Virus record (IMG/VR): IMGVR_UViG_3300032116_000002
Reading direction: 5' to 3' (one strand)
Source: a virus
Lineage: Duplodnaviria; Caudoviricetes
Length of the DNA: 64,000 nucleotides
The position numbers and the translations under genes were made by a program. Positions 8,984 through 17,335 of this stretch are shown one piece after another; position 1 is the first letter of the stretch; every line of letters begins with the position of its first letter. Under the pieces are notes generated by a model, which had not been told where the DNA came from, did not search any database, and saw only the letters and a list, made by a program, of their open reading frames with translations.

Positions 8984-10179
8984 GAAAACTTTATTATATG
9001 GGTCTTGAACCATATAAGGCAAGATATACATTACAATTACAAGAATGGAATCGTAGTGTTTTTGAAAAGCGTAAAATTGATTATGTCATAGTACCAGGTG
9101 ATACATTAAGCAATGATCAGGCAATCGTTACTGGTCAAGTACTTGATGCACACGGTCGTACATACTTTGGCATGAGCCAAATGATGAATCTCATTAAGAT
9201 GATGAAAGCAGGAGAACTAAATCATGCAGATGTGGTATACTTTGAGGACATGTTTCAACCAGGTATCGAAAGCTTACCTTATATTCTCAATCAAATTGAT
9301 CGTACTCACCGTCCTCGCATTGCCGTTCGCTGTCTTGCACAAACTATTGACCCCGATGATTTCGTTCACGTGTGGGGTATGCAAGAGTGGATGGGTCACT
9401 ATGAAAAGATGGTTGATTCGTTCGCAGACATAATTCTTGCAACTAACGAAGAAATGGTTGCACATATGAAGATTGCTGGTTGGAAGGGTAAGATTTATAA
9501 TATCAGTGGTCTTGCATTTGGTAAAGATGAAGTTCGCAATAGAGTGAGTGAATTAAAGTCATTTCATCAACGAAAATTGCGTGTTTGTTTTTCAGCACGT
9601 TGGGATCAAGAAAAGCAACCTGATTTCTACATGGATCTGATTGAAGAATTTCATAGAAGAAGTCAAATGGCATATTGGGAAGGCTACGAACAGCATGAGA
9701 TTGAGTTTGCTGTATTCAGCGGTAGCAAACTAAAATCAAACAATAGCAGCTATATGGAAAGAACTAAACGTTTAGTAGATGAAGGTAAGCTTGTTGTATA
9801 TGAAGATTTAGAAAAGGACGATTACTATGCCCTCCTTAATGATAGCCGTGTTCTATTCAATTGTGCGTTACAAGACTGGGTCTCAAACACAGTCAGTGAA
9901 GCCGATGCTCTTGGCTGTAATGTGTTATATCCTGCTTATCGTAGCTTTCCTGAAACATTCGCCAATGACCCGGAACGCCTTTACATTCCTTGGTCAATAA
10001 ACGATGCATTAACTAAGTTATTCAAATTGTTGAAACACCCTCATATTAATATGGGAAAAATAAGTGATTATAATGACAAGACAATTGATCGTATTTGTGA
10101 TATAATTACTGGACAAGGCGAACAGTATCTAAGAATGGGTACTGATTATCGCAAACACGTAAGTGAAACAAAATACTAA
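8980..10179 (+). CDS. GT-B (GT4-like) glycosyltransferase
   Basis: FSARWDQEKQP; D-x7-E motif DWVSNTVSEADALG; YPAYRSFPE. Confidence 0.85.
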   Translation: MRKLYYMGLEPYKARYTLQLQEWNRSVFEKRKIDYVIVPGDTLSNDQAIVTGQVLDAHGRTYFGMSQMMNLIKMMKAGELNHADVVYFEDMFQPGIESLPYILNQIDRTHRPRIAVRCLAQTIDPDDFVHVWGMQEWMGHYEKMVDSFADIILATNEEMVAHMKIAGWKGKIYNISGLAFGKDEVRNRVSELKSFHQRKLRVCFSARWDQEKQPDFYMDLIEEFHRRSQMAYWEGYEQHEIEFAVFSGSKLKSNNSSYMERTKRLVDEGKLVVYEDLEKDDYYALLNDSRVLFNCALQDWVSNTVSEADALGCNVLYPAYRSFPETFANDPERLYIPWSINDALTKLFKLLKHPHINMGKISDYNDKTIDRICDIITGQGEQYLRMGTDYRKHVSETKY

Positions 10180-10188
10180 GGATAAATT

Positions 10189-10398
10189 ATGATTATGAGA
10201 AAAGAAATGTTGGAAACTTTAAGAGTCCACTTTACGTCACACATTTTGAAACACAAAATGAATGTTGAGGTTATGTTGAATAACCCAATCGCAATACATG
10301 ACCATACTGACATTATGACTGCAATGGAAAATGAAATAGCGTCCATGGCAGAATACAAAGACAAGTTAGAAGTACTAGAAAAATACTTTCCTACTTAA
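10189..10398 (+). CDS. hypothetical protein
   Basis: ORF with AAGGA RBS. Confidence 0.6.
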   Translation: MIMRKEMLETLRVHFTSHILKHKMNVEVMLNNPIAIHDHTDIMTAMENEIASMAEYKDKLEVLEKYFPT

Positions 10399-10414
10399 TT
10401 AGAATAAATAGTAA

Positions 10415-10471
10415 TGCAACACAAAGGTTGCAAACTTCAAAAATTTAATCCGTGTAAGGAAGGAAATCAAA
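10415..10471 (+). promoter_or_regulatory. structured folE leader
   Basis: hairpin TGCAAC-ACAAAG-GTTGCA, A-rich linker, TCC-GTGTAA-GGA hairpin next to the RBS; TAAATA at 10405. Confidence 0.35.
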
Positions 10472-11152
10472 ATGTCATACAACAAAACTAAAACCGACCC
10501 CGAATTGGGAAAACAAGTTCACCAGTATCTAGTAGAAATGGGAGTTGAAACTCCTATGAAGCCTAATACTTGGGAACGTAAAGAAAAAATTGAGGCTATC
10601 GAAGGATACTTTCATCAGATTATGAAGACCTTAGGGTTAGATATGAGTGATGATAGTTTAATTGACACACCCACAAGAGTTGCAAAAATGTACGTCAATG
10701 AAATCTTTTGGGGTCTTGATTATGAGGCATTTCCAAAATGCACTACGGTTGACAACAAAATGAAGTATAATGAAATGGTAGTTGAGCGTAATGTCAACGT
10801 ACAAAGTAATTGTGAACATCATTTTGTAGTTATCGATGGTCTTGCTACAGTTGCATATGTACCTAAACAAAAAGTACTAGGGCTAAGTAAAATTAATCGC
10901 ATTGTAGAATATTTTAGTAAACGTCCACAAATTCAAGAAAGATTGACTGAGCAGATTTTTCACACGTTGTGTTTTATCCTTGAAACAAATGATGTTGCTG
11001 TTATGATTGATGCACAACATTATTGTGTTAAGTCCAGAGGAGTAGAGGATACAGGTAGTTCCACAGTTACAGTTCGTTTAGGTGGTGGATTCAAGTCTGA
11101 TCCAGCAGCAAGAAATGAATTCTTGAGTATTGCAAGGATGGGTAAATCATGA
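10472..11152 (+). CDS. folE: GTP cyclohydrolase I
   Basis: DTPTRVAKMY, SNCEHHF, GLSKINRIV, RPQIQERLT, HYCVKSRG. Confidence 0.97.
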   Translation: MSYNKTKTDPELGKQVHQYLVEMGVETPMKPNTWERKEKIEAIEGYFHQIMKTLGLDMSDDSLIDTPTRVAKMYVNEIFWGLDYEAFPKCTTVDNKMKYNEMVVERNVNVQSNCEHHFVVIDGLATVAYVPKQKVLGLSKINRIVEYFSKRPQIQERLTEQIFHTLCFILETNDVAVMIDAQHYCVKSRGVEDTGSSTVTVRLGGGFKSDPAARNEFLSIARMGKS

Positions 11153-11295
11153 CTATATTAATTACCATATTAACATTTGTAGTATTTTGCGGGTTAATAT
11201 ATTTGTTTATGAATTTGCCTGGTTGCACAGGTAATTGTATGCAAGGTAGATTAGAATGTGATTGCCCGTTAGGAGAAAAGAAAAATGATATTTAA
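11149..11295 (+). CDS. small membrane protein with Cys-rich tail
   Basis: manual translation MTILITILTFVVFCGLIYLFMNLPGCTGNCMQGRLECDCPLGEKKNDI; ATGA-coupled to folE. Confidence 0.5.
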   Translation: MTILITILTFVVFCGLIYLFMNLPGCTGNCMQGRLECDCPLGEKKNDI

Positions 11296-11755
11296 TAAGA
11301 TTAAAGACCTTAAAGCTAAAGGATTAAAAATAGGTATAACGTTTAGTACGTTTGATTTGTGTCATGCAGGACATGTTGCAATGCTTGCAGAAGCAAAAAA
11401 TCACTGTGATTATTTGATTGCTGGATTACAAACAGACCCAACTATCGATAGACCTGATACCAAAAATAAACCAGTACAAAGTATTGTCGAACGACAAATA
11501 CAATTGTCATCATGTAGGTACGTTGATGAAGTAGTTGTTTATCAAACTGAACAAGATTTGGTAGATATTCTTTTGACATTACCAATAGATGTGCGTATAC
11601 TAGGTGTTGAGTATCAAGGTAAAGAATTCAGTGGTGATGAAGCTTGTCGTAAAAAAGGTATTGAATTAGTTTTTAATAGCCGTGACCATAGTTTCAGTTC
11701 TAGTAATTTGCGTAAGCGTGTTGCAGAAGCACAAGAACAAAAACAAAAATGGTAA
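11285..11755 (+). CDS. cytidylyltransferase (TagD-like)
   Basis: TFSTFDLCHAGH (HxGH), YVDEV, RDHSFSSS. Confidence 0.88.
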   Translation: MIFNKIKDLKAKGLKIGITFSTFDLCHAGHVAMLAEAKNHCDYLIAGLQTDPTIDRPDTKNKPVQSIVERQIQLSSCRYVDEVVVYQTEQDLVDILLTLPIDVRILGVEYQGKEFSGDEACRKKGIELVFNSRDHSFSSSNLRKRVAEAQEQKQKW

Positions 11756-11758
11756 ATA

Positions 11759-11959
11759 ATGAAGTTAAAGCCTTGCCCCTTCTGCGGTAATGACTTAAAT
11801 CAACAAGATTTTTGGCATGAAACAGTTTATCCATATAATAGACAAAAAACTATTTGGTCAGTAAACTGTGCTGAAGAAGTGGGAGGATGTTCTGCACAAA
11901 TGTTTGCAGATACAGTAGAAGAAGTAATAAATAAATGGAACAAACGACAGCGGTCTTAG
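11759..11959 (+). CDS. Lar-like (restriction alleviation) zinc-ribbon protein
   Basis: LKPCPFCG...VNC-x5-C...EEVINKWNKR pattern. Confidence 0.6.
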   Translation: MKLKPCPFCGNDLNQQDFWHETVYPYNRQKTIWSVNCAEEVGGCSAQMFADTVEEVINKWNKRQRS

Positions 11960-12008
11960 GCATTCATCCCGCTATATTAAATTCTGCATGTCTTGCTAAT
12001 AGAGGAGA
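11949..12008 (+). promoter_or_regulatory. candidate cis-regulatory RNA (preQ1-I-like H-type pseudoknot) upstream of queD
   Basis: P1 AGCGG/CCGCT, P2 AGGCAT/ATGTCT, alternative pairing GTCTT with the GAGAC of the RBS. Confidence 0.45.
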
Positions 12009-12012
12009 CAAA

Positions 12013-12528
12013 ATGTTTTACTTAAACGAAGTTAATCCACCAAGAACTTACAAATATACAAGCACTAAAGAATATCACGATAGTTTTCCATGCGCATATC
12101 GTCAGTGGCGTGCTGACAGTCATTGCAATCTAATACATGGTTACAGTTTTTCAATGAAGTTTTATTTTGGTACCGATCATTTGGATGTCCGTAATTGGGC
12201 TGCTGATTACGGTGGTCTAAAAGAATTAAAAGCAATACTAGAAGATCAATTTGACCATACACTATTAGTAGCCGAAGATGATCCTGAACTAGAAACATTC
12301 AAATTACTACAAGAAAAGAAAATGGCTAAATTGACCATACTACCACGTTTAGGTTGTGAGGGTCTAGCCGATATGCTTTACAAATATGTGAATGGCGTGT
12401 ATATTCCCGATATGTGGGGACCAGGTGAAAGTGAAAGGCTTTGGTGTTATCGTGTAGAGGTTCGTGAAACACAAAGTAATATGGCTTTTAGAGAAGGTCA
12501 TCGTGAATGGAATGAGGATTTACTATGA
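12013..12528 (+). CDS. queD: 6-carboxy-5,6,7,8-tetrahydropterin synthase
   Basis: CAYRQWRADSHCNLIHGY, DYGGLK, FDHTLL, GCEGLA, VEVRET; start at 12013 after GAGGAG. Confidence 0.88.
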   Translation: MFYLNEVNPPRTYKYTSTKEYHDSFPCAYRQWRADSHCNLIHGYSFSMKFYFGTDHLDVRNWAADYGGLKELKAILEDQFDHTLLVAEDDPELETFKLLQEKKMAKLTILPRLGCEGLADMLYKYVNGVYIPDMWGPGESERLWCYRVEVRETQSNMAFREGHREWNEDLL

Positions 12529-12761
12529 ATGATTTAGTAAAGGATTTACTTAAACAATCTACATATGAAATATTAGGTGTGCCACAAGTTGATCAAAAAC
12601 AATTTGCGGAATCGATTATTCGTGAGTGTATAAGTGTGTGCGAAAATCAGGCAGGTATACAAAGTATGGCATACCGTTGCAATTTAGTCGAACACGATAC
12701 TAGCCCTACAGCAGATGCATGTGCTAATATGATAAAACAACATTTCGGAGTTGAAGAATGA
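12525..12761 (+). CDS. hypothetical phage protein
   Basis: FAESIIRECISVC; similar to 12983..13258. Confidence 0.6.
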   Translation: MNDLVKDLLKQSTYEILGVPQVDQKQFAESIIRECISVCENQAGIQSMAYRCNLVEHDTSPTADACANMIKQHFGVEE

Positions 12762-12979
12762 AAATATTTGATACATTTGAACAAGTAGAAGGCATGAATG
12801 GTTGTATGAAAAGACCAATCGTAGTTCATGCCTCTCAAATCAATGAAGAATTTAGAGTAAACACATTAGAAGGTAATTACAAACAAGGTAAGCCAGGTGA
12901 TTATCTTATGCGTGGTATAGACGGTGAACTCTATATTTGTGACAAAGAAATTTTTGAAAAGACTTACGATTGGGTATAA
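12758..12979 (+). CDS. PGDYG-like phage protein
   Basis: TLEG...GKPGDYLMRGIDGELYICDKEIFEKTY. Confidence 0.65.
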   Translation: MKIFDTFEQVEGMNGCMKRPIVVHASQINEEFRVNTLEGNYKQGKPGDYLMRGIDGELYICDKEIFEKTYDWV

Positions 12980-12982
12980 TTT

Positions 12983-13258
12983 ATGAATACAAAAATTCAA
13001 GAAATTGCCGACAAGGCAAAAGAATCAGTACCTAAGGGTATTCTTACTGTAGAAGATTGGATAGATCAATACAACCTAATCTTTGCTGAATTGATAATTA
13101 AAGAATGCGCTGACTGCTGCGGTAGTCAAGCAGATAAAAAAAATATTCGCAAAAGATTTGGACTTCCTGTAGAAAGTAATATTAAATATGCGGGACCAGA
13201 ACTACACAACAGTATAACGTCACAGTACGACAGACCTTATAATTTACCAAAGCCATGA
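12983..13258 (+). CDS. hypothetical phage protein
   Basis: FAELIIKECADCC; similar to 12525..12761. Confidence 0.6.
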   Translation: MNTKIQEIADKAKESVPKGILTVEDWIDQYNLIFAELIIKECADCCGSQADKKNIRKRFGLPVESNIKYAGPELHNSITSQYDRPYNLPKP

Positions 13259-14310
13259 AACCGTCATCATACTATTTTCAAGATACGATATTTGATAAAG
13301 AACAATCACTGTTCAGACATAATAGATATTTAGGACATGAGTTATTAGTCAATAACTATTATACATTACCTCAAGATGACGAGGCAAGAGTTTTAATTAA
13401 AAACGAAAACGGTATAGAATGTATTAGTAATGTATGTAGGCATCGTCAAGCTATTATGCTTAGTCGTTCTGGCACAGCATCAAATATTGTATGTCCATTG
13501 CATGGGTGGACATACGATTTAGAAGGTAAATTAATTGGAGCACCTCACTTTGATTCGTGTCCAGATAAAGAATTACGCAAGTTCCCTACTCAAACCTGGA
13601 ACGGACTAATATTTGAGAAAAAGCATTTTGATTTAATCAAAGATTTATCCCCAATGAAAACAGCCAACATGTTTAATTTTGATGGTTATGTTTTTCATTC
13701 CAGACAAACTCACGAATGCAACTATAATTGGAAAACGTTTATTGAAGTTTATCTAGATGATTACCATGTAAGACCTTTTCATCCTGGCTTAGGTAATTTT
13801 GTTAACTGTGATGATTTAGAATGGCAGTTTGGTAATATGTATAGTGTACAAACAGTTGGCATACACAATAAATTACAAACACCTGGTACTGCAACTTATA
13901 AGCGTTGGCATAAAGCATTAATGGATTATAGACGAGGTAATGTTCCTAAACACGGCGCAATATGGTTAACTATATATCCAAATGTAATGATAGAGTGGTA
14001 TCCAGAAGTGTTAGTTGTTTCTACACTATGGCCAGAAACGCCACAGAAAACTAAAAACATTGTTGAGTTTTATTATCCAGAAGAAATTTGTCACTTTGAA
14101 AGTGAGTTTGTGGAAGCGCATCAGGCTGCTTATATGGAAACTGCATACGAAGATGACGAAATTGCAGAACGTATGGATAGGGGTAGAAAGTACAATCAAA
14201 TTAGTAATTTTGATGATTATGGTCCAATACATGATCCAATGGAATTAGGATTAAAATACTTCCACGAATACTACGACAAATACATTAAAGTATTTTGGGG
14301 AGAAAAATAA
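13255..14310 (+). CDS. Rieske non-heme iron oxygenase alpha subunit
   Basis: Rieske C-x-H-x17-C-x2-H (CRH...CPLHGWTY); mononuclear Fe site NWK...DDYHVRPFH; distal EDDEIAE. Confidence 0.93.
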   Translation: MKPSSYYFQDTIFDKEQSLFRHNRYLGHELLVNNYYTLPQDDEARVLIKNENGIECISNVCRHRQAIMLSRSGTASNIVCPLHGWTYDLEGKLIGAPHFDSCPDKELRKFPTQTWNGLIFEKKHFDLIKDLSPMKTANMFNFDGYVFHSRQTHECNYNWKTFIEVYLDDYHVRPFHPGLGNFVNCDDLEWQFGNMYSVQTVGIHNKLQTPGTATYKRWHKALMDYRRGNVPKHGAIWLTIYPNVMIEWYPEVLVVSTLWPETPQKTKNIVEFYYPEEICHFESEFVEAHQAAYMETAYEDDEIAERMDRGRKYNQISNFDDYGPIHDPMELGLKYFHEYYDKYIKVFWGEK

Positions 14311-14313
14311 TTA

Positions 14314-14967
14314 ATGTTTGATGGGAGAGAATATCTCATTAGTGATTCCAAATATATGAAATTGAATTTGGAATTTCCTCATGAAGAAATTGCAAAAGAA
14401 GCTATCGCATTGAGAGATAGGTACGTTGAATACCGATCAACTTATCAAACTAAAGGTTGGCACTCATTACCCATCGTAGGTATAAGCAGTCAGCATCCTT
14501 ATGCATGGGAAGTATATAAATTTAATAGTGCTAGAGAAATGGCACCTTTAATGAAGTTTACTGAAATAGCTGATTTGTGTCCTGTTACTACAAATTGGCT
14601 AAAGAATGTTTATCCAAGTTCAAGTTATGCTAGAGTAAGATTCATGTTACTTGAAGCAGGTGGTATTATCGAACCACATTCTGACACAGAACATTCAGTA
14701 TTAGGCGCAATTAATATAGCTATTACTAATCCTAAAAACTGCAAGTGGCATTGGGAAGACGGCGAGTCACTTGAGTTTAATCCAGGCGATGTATATGCGA
14801 TGAACACACATTACACACATTCTATACGAAATGAAAGTAATGAAGATAGGTACCACATGATTGTTCATCACTATGATTCAACCGAAGCTTGGAAAAATCT
14901 ATTTTTAGAATCTATGAAAGAACAGAATGTACAAGGTGAATTTCGTTTTAGTACCGAGCTTTTCTAG
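14314..14967 (+). CDS. 2OG-Fe(II) oxygenase, Asp/Asn beta-hydroxylase-like
   Basis: RVRFMLL...IEPHSD (HxD), HSIRN...DRYHMIVH. Confidence 0.85.
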   Translation: MFDGREYLISDSKYMKLNLEFPHEEIAKEAIALRDRYVEYRSTYQTKGWHSLPIVGISSQHPYAWEVYKFNSAREMAPLMKFTEIADLCPVTTNWLKNVYPSSSYARVRFMLLEAGGIIEPHSDTEHSVLGAINIAITNPKNCKWHWEDGESLEFNPGDVYAMNTHYTHSIRNESNEDRYHMIVHHYDSTEAWKNLFLESMKEQNVQGEFRFSTELF

Positions 14968-16231
14968 CAGTGAGTGGCTAAACGAAAAAATGCTGCAAAT
15001 AACGCAAGCATTTGTTACAGCCATGAACAACAAAAATTATCCCATACATACTGTTAATTCGTATGAAGAAATTAATCATATTGAACATAACGCAGAATAT
15101 CTAGTAGTCATAGGGGCAGGTAATATCATAGTAGATGTGGATCATTTCTATGGCATGCTAGAAAACATTCCTGAAGATGTAGGACTGATTGCTAACTTAT
15201 TACAATACGAACATGACATTACTCCCTATTTCCACGAACAATGTTTTATTATAAAAACTTCAGTCTTAGACCAATATGATTTTTCTGAAGGGTCAGATTA
15301 CGGCACCGAGTTAATTCGTAGTATAGAAGATATGCATGATGGTCATGCACCCCTATTTCTTACTTTAGGTAATCAACAAGTAGAAAGAAAGTTACAATTC
15401 GGTACTAAAATTATTGAACAATACCTGCTTAAAAATTATAAAGTACAAAATTGGGATTCAAGTTGGCGCTACCCTAAATCAGTAAATCAATCCTTGCAGT
15501 CAATTATTAGTGATACTCCTGTACAAAGTAGATTATATTTGTATCCAAAAAAATCTACTGACTTATTTGAATCTGCATTTAAAAACCTAGAACTAATTGA
15601 AGGTATAGATAATGCTCAATACTTGTTTATCAAAGTTATTAGTAACGCAGTTAAAATGCAAGTATTGAATGCATGGCAAACTGAATGGGCAACTAATGAA
15701 GCTATAGCAAAAACTGTTATATATCCTGCTACAGGATTCTTAGCTGAATTGTGTGCTATTAATTCTGGTGCGAATAAAATAATATTCTATGATGTAAACA
15801 AAAATAATTTAGAGTTTAAGAAAAAGTTATACGAAACATGGGATGGAACAGACTATGAAAAGTTTGCCAATGATTATGCTATAGAAAATAATCTATCTAT
15901 TGAGCCAATATTTTCTCAAGACCACTTTAAAACATCTGAACCTAAACAAAGCACACAACAACATATCTTTGCATCGTGGGATAAATTTAGAGAAACAATG
16001 GATATAGAGTTCGTACACTGCGATATACTAACAAACTTTGATACACTCAAACCATATTTCACTGAAAACACATTGTTTGGAACTAGTACTATTCTAACAT
16101 TTTATCCTTACAGTCACATATTGTATTCTACCCAACAAATTGAAATAGTAAGACAACGTATTGCAGAAACGGTAAAACAAACAAAGAGCGTATGGGTAGA
16201 AATGCCCTATAAGTTATATGACTACACATGA
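14927..16231 (+). CDS. hypothetical protein, possibly a two-domain modification enzyme
   Basis: 434 aa ORF; KIIFYDVN and FVHCDIL hint at a Rossmann-like C-terminal part; exact start uncertain. Confidence 0.5.
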   Translation: MYKVNFVLVPSFSSSEWLNEKMLQITQAFVTAMNNKNYPIHTVNSYEEINHIEHNAEYLVVIGAGNIIVDVDHFYGMLENIPEDVGLIANLLQYEHDITPYFHEQCFIIKTSVLDQYDFSEGSDYGTELIRSIEDMHDGHAPLFLTLGNQQVERKLQFGTKIIEQYLLKNYKVQNWDSSWRYPKSVNQSLQSIISDTPVQSRLYLYPKKSTDLFESAFKNLELIEGIDNAQYLFIKVISNAVKMQVLNAWQTEWATNEAIAKTVIYPATGFLAELCAINSGANKIIFYDVNKNNLEFKKKLYETWDGTDYEKFANDYAIENNLSIEPIFSQDHFKTSEPKQSTQQHIFASWDKFRETMDIEFVHCDILTNFDTLKPYFTENTLFGTSTILTFYPYSHILYSTQQIEIVRQRIAETVKQTKSVWVEMPYKLYDYT

Positions 16232-16260
16232 TTCTGTTATAATTGACAAAGGACTAATAT

Positions 16261-17124
16261 ATGAGTAAAATTAAAGTAGCTGAATTGTTTTACAGCATAC
16301 AAGGAGAAGGAAGATTTATGGGCGTGCCTTCTATTTTCTTACGCACATTTGGTTGCAATTTTAAATGTGCAGGTTTCGGTATGCCAAAGGGTGAAGTAAG
16401 TCTAGAAGCCAATAATATTGCTTACGCACAATCAAAGAGTCATAACACTCTTTATAAATCGTATCAAGATTTGCCATTGGTAAATACAGGATGTGATAGT
16501 TACGCAAGTTGGCATTCTGGATTCAAAGATTTAAGCCAATCATATGATATTGAAACACTTGCTGAATCTATTGTTGGTTTATTACCTGATAATAAATGGC
16601 GCGACATACATTTAGTTATAACTGGTGGTGAACCTTTATTAGGTTGGCAAAAAAGTTATCCCGATCTGTTAAGTCACGATAAACTTAAAAAGCTTAAAGA
16701 TATTACTTTTGAAACAAATGGTACTCAAGAGTTATCTAAAGATTTTAGAAAATATCTTGAGAAATGGACACACAAGCATGGTTATCATAATCTTACATTT
16801 AGTGTAAGTCCTAAATTAAGCGTAAGCGGGGAGAAACGTGAAGATGCAATTAGACCTGACGTTGTGTGTGAGTATGAAGATTTAGGTCATACTTATTTGA
16901 AGTTTGTCGTAGCAACAAAAGACGATGTTGATGAAGCATTAGAGGTTATTGATTTATATAAGAAAGAAGGATTTGATGGTCACGTATATTTGATGCCTGT
17001 TGGTGGTGTCGAAGATGTGTATAAACTTAATAACAGAACAGTTGCAGAACTTGCTATGAAACATGGTCTAAGATATAGCGATAGACTACAAGTACCACTT
17101 TTTAAAAATGAATGGGGAACATAA
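16261..17124 (+). CDS. queE: 7-carboxy-7-deazaguanine synthase (radical SAM)
   Basis: ELFYSIQGEG, FLRTFGCNFKC...GCDS, VITGGEPLL, FETNGT, SVSPK. Confidence 0.93.
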   Translation: MSKIKVAELFYSIQGEGRFMGVPSIFLRTFGCNFKCAGFGMPKGEVSLEANNIAYAQSKSHNTLYKSYQDLPLVNTGCDSYASWHSGFKDLSQSYDIETLAESIVGLLPDNKWRDIHLVITGGEPLLGWQKSYPDLLSHDKLKKLKDITFETNGTQELSKDFRKYLEKWTHKHGYHNLTFSVSPKLSVSGEKREDAIRPDVVCEYEDLGHTYLKFVVATKDDVDEALEVIDLYKKEGFDGHVYLMPVGGVEDVYKLNNRTVAELAMKHGLRYSDRLQVPLFKNEWGT

Positions 17125-17333
17125 TGATTTTAAAATTAACAAACGTGTCAGGTAAACATCAAGGTAAATCTATCTTGATAAACATGAATTATATTATAAG
17201 TGCCTACGAAGATGAAATAGATGACAAACCTGTTACAATCTTGTATAGCAAAACACAAGAATCTTGGCATGTCGCAGAAAAACTCAGTGTAATTCATAAC
17301 CAAATTAAAAAAGAAACAGTGATCAAATTATAA
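17124..17333 (+). CDS. small hypothetical protein
   Basis: start overlaps the queE stop. Confidence 0.55.
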   Translation: MILKLTNVSGKHQGKSILINMNYIISAYEDEIDDKPVTILYSKTQESWHVAEKLSVIHNQIKKETVIKL

Positions 17334-17335
17334 TA

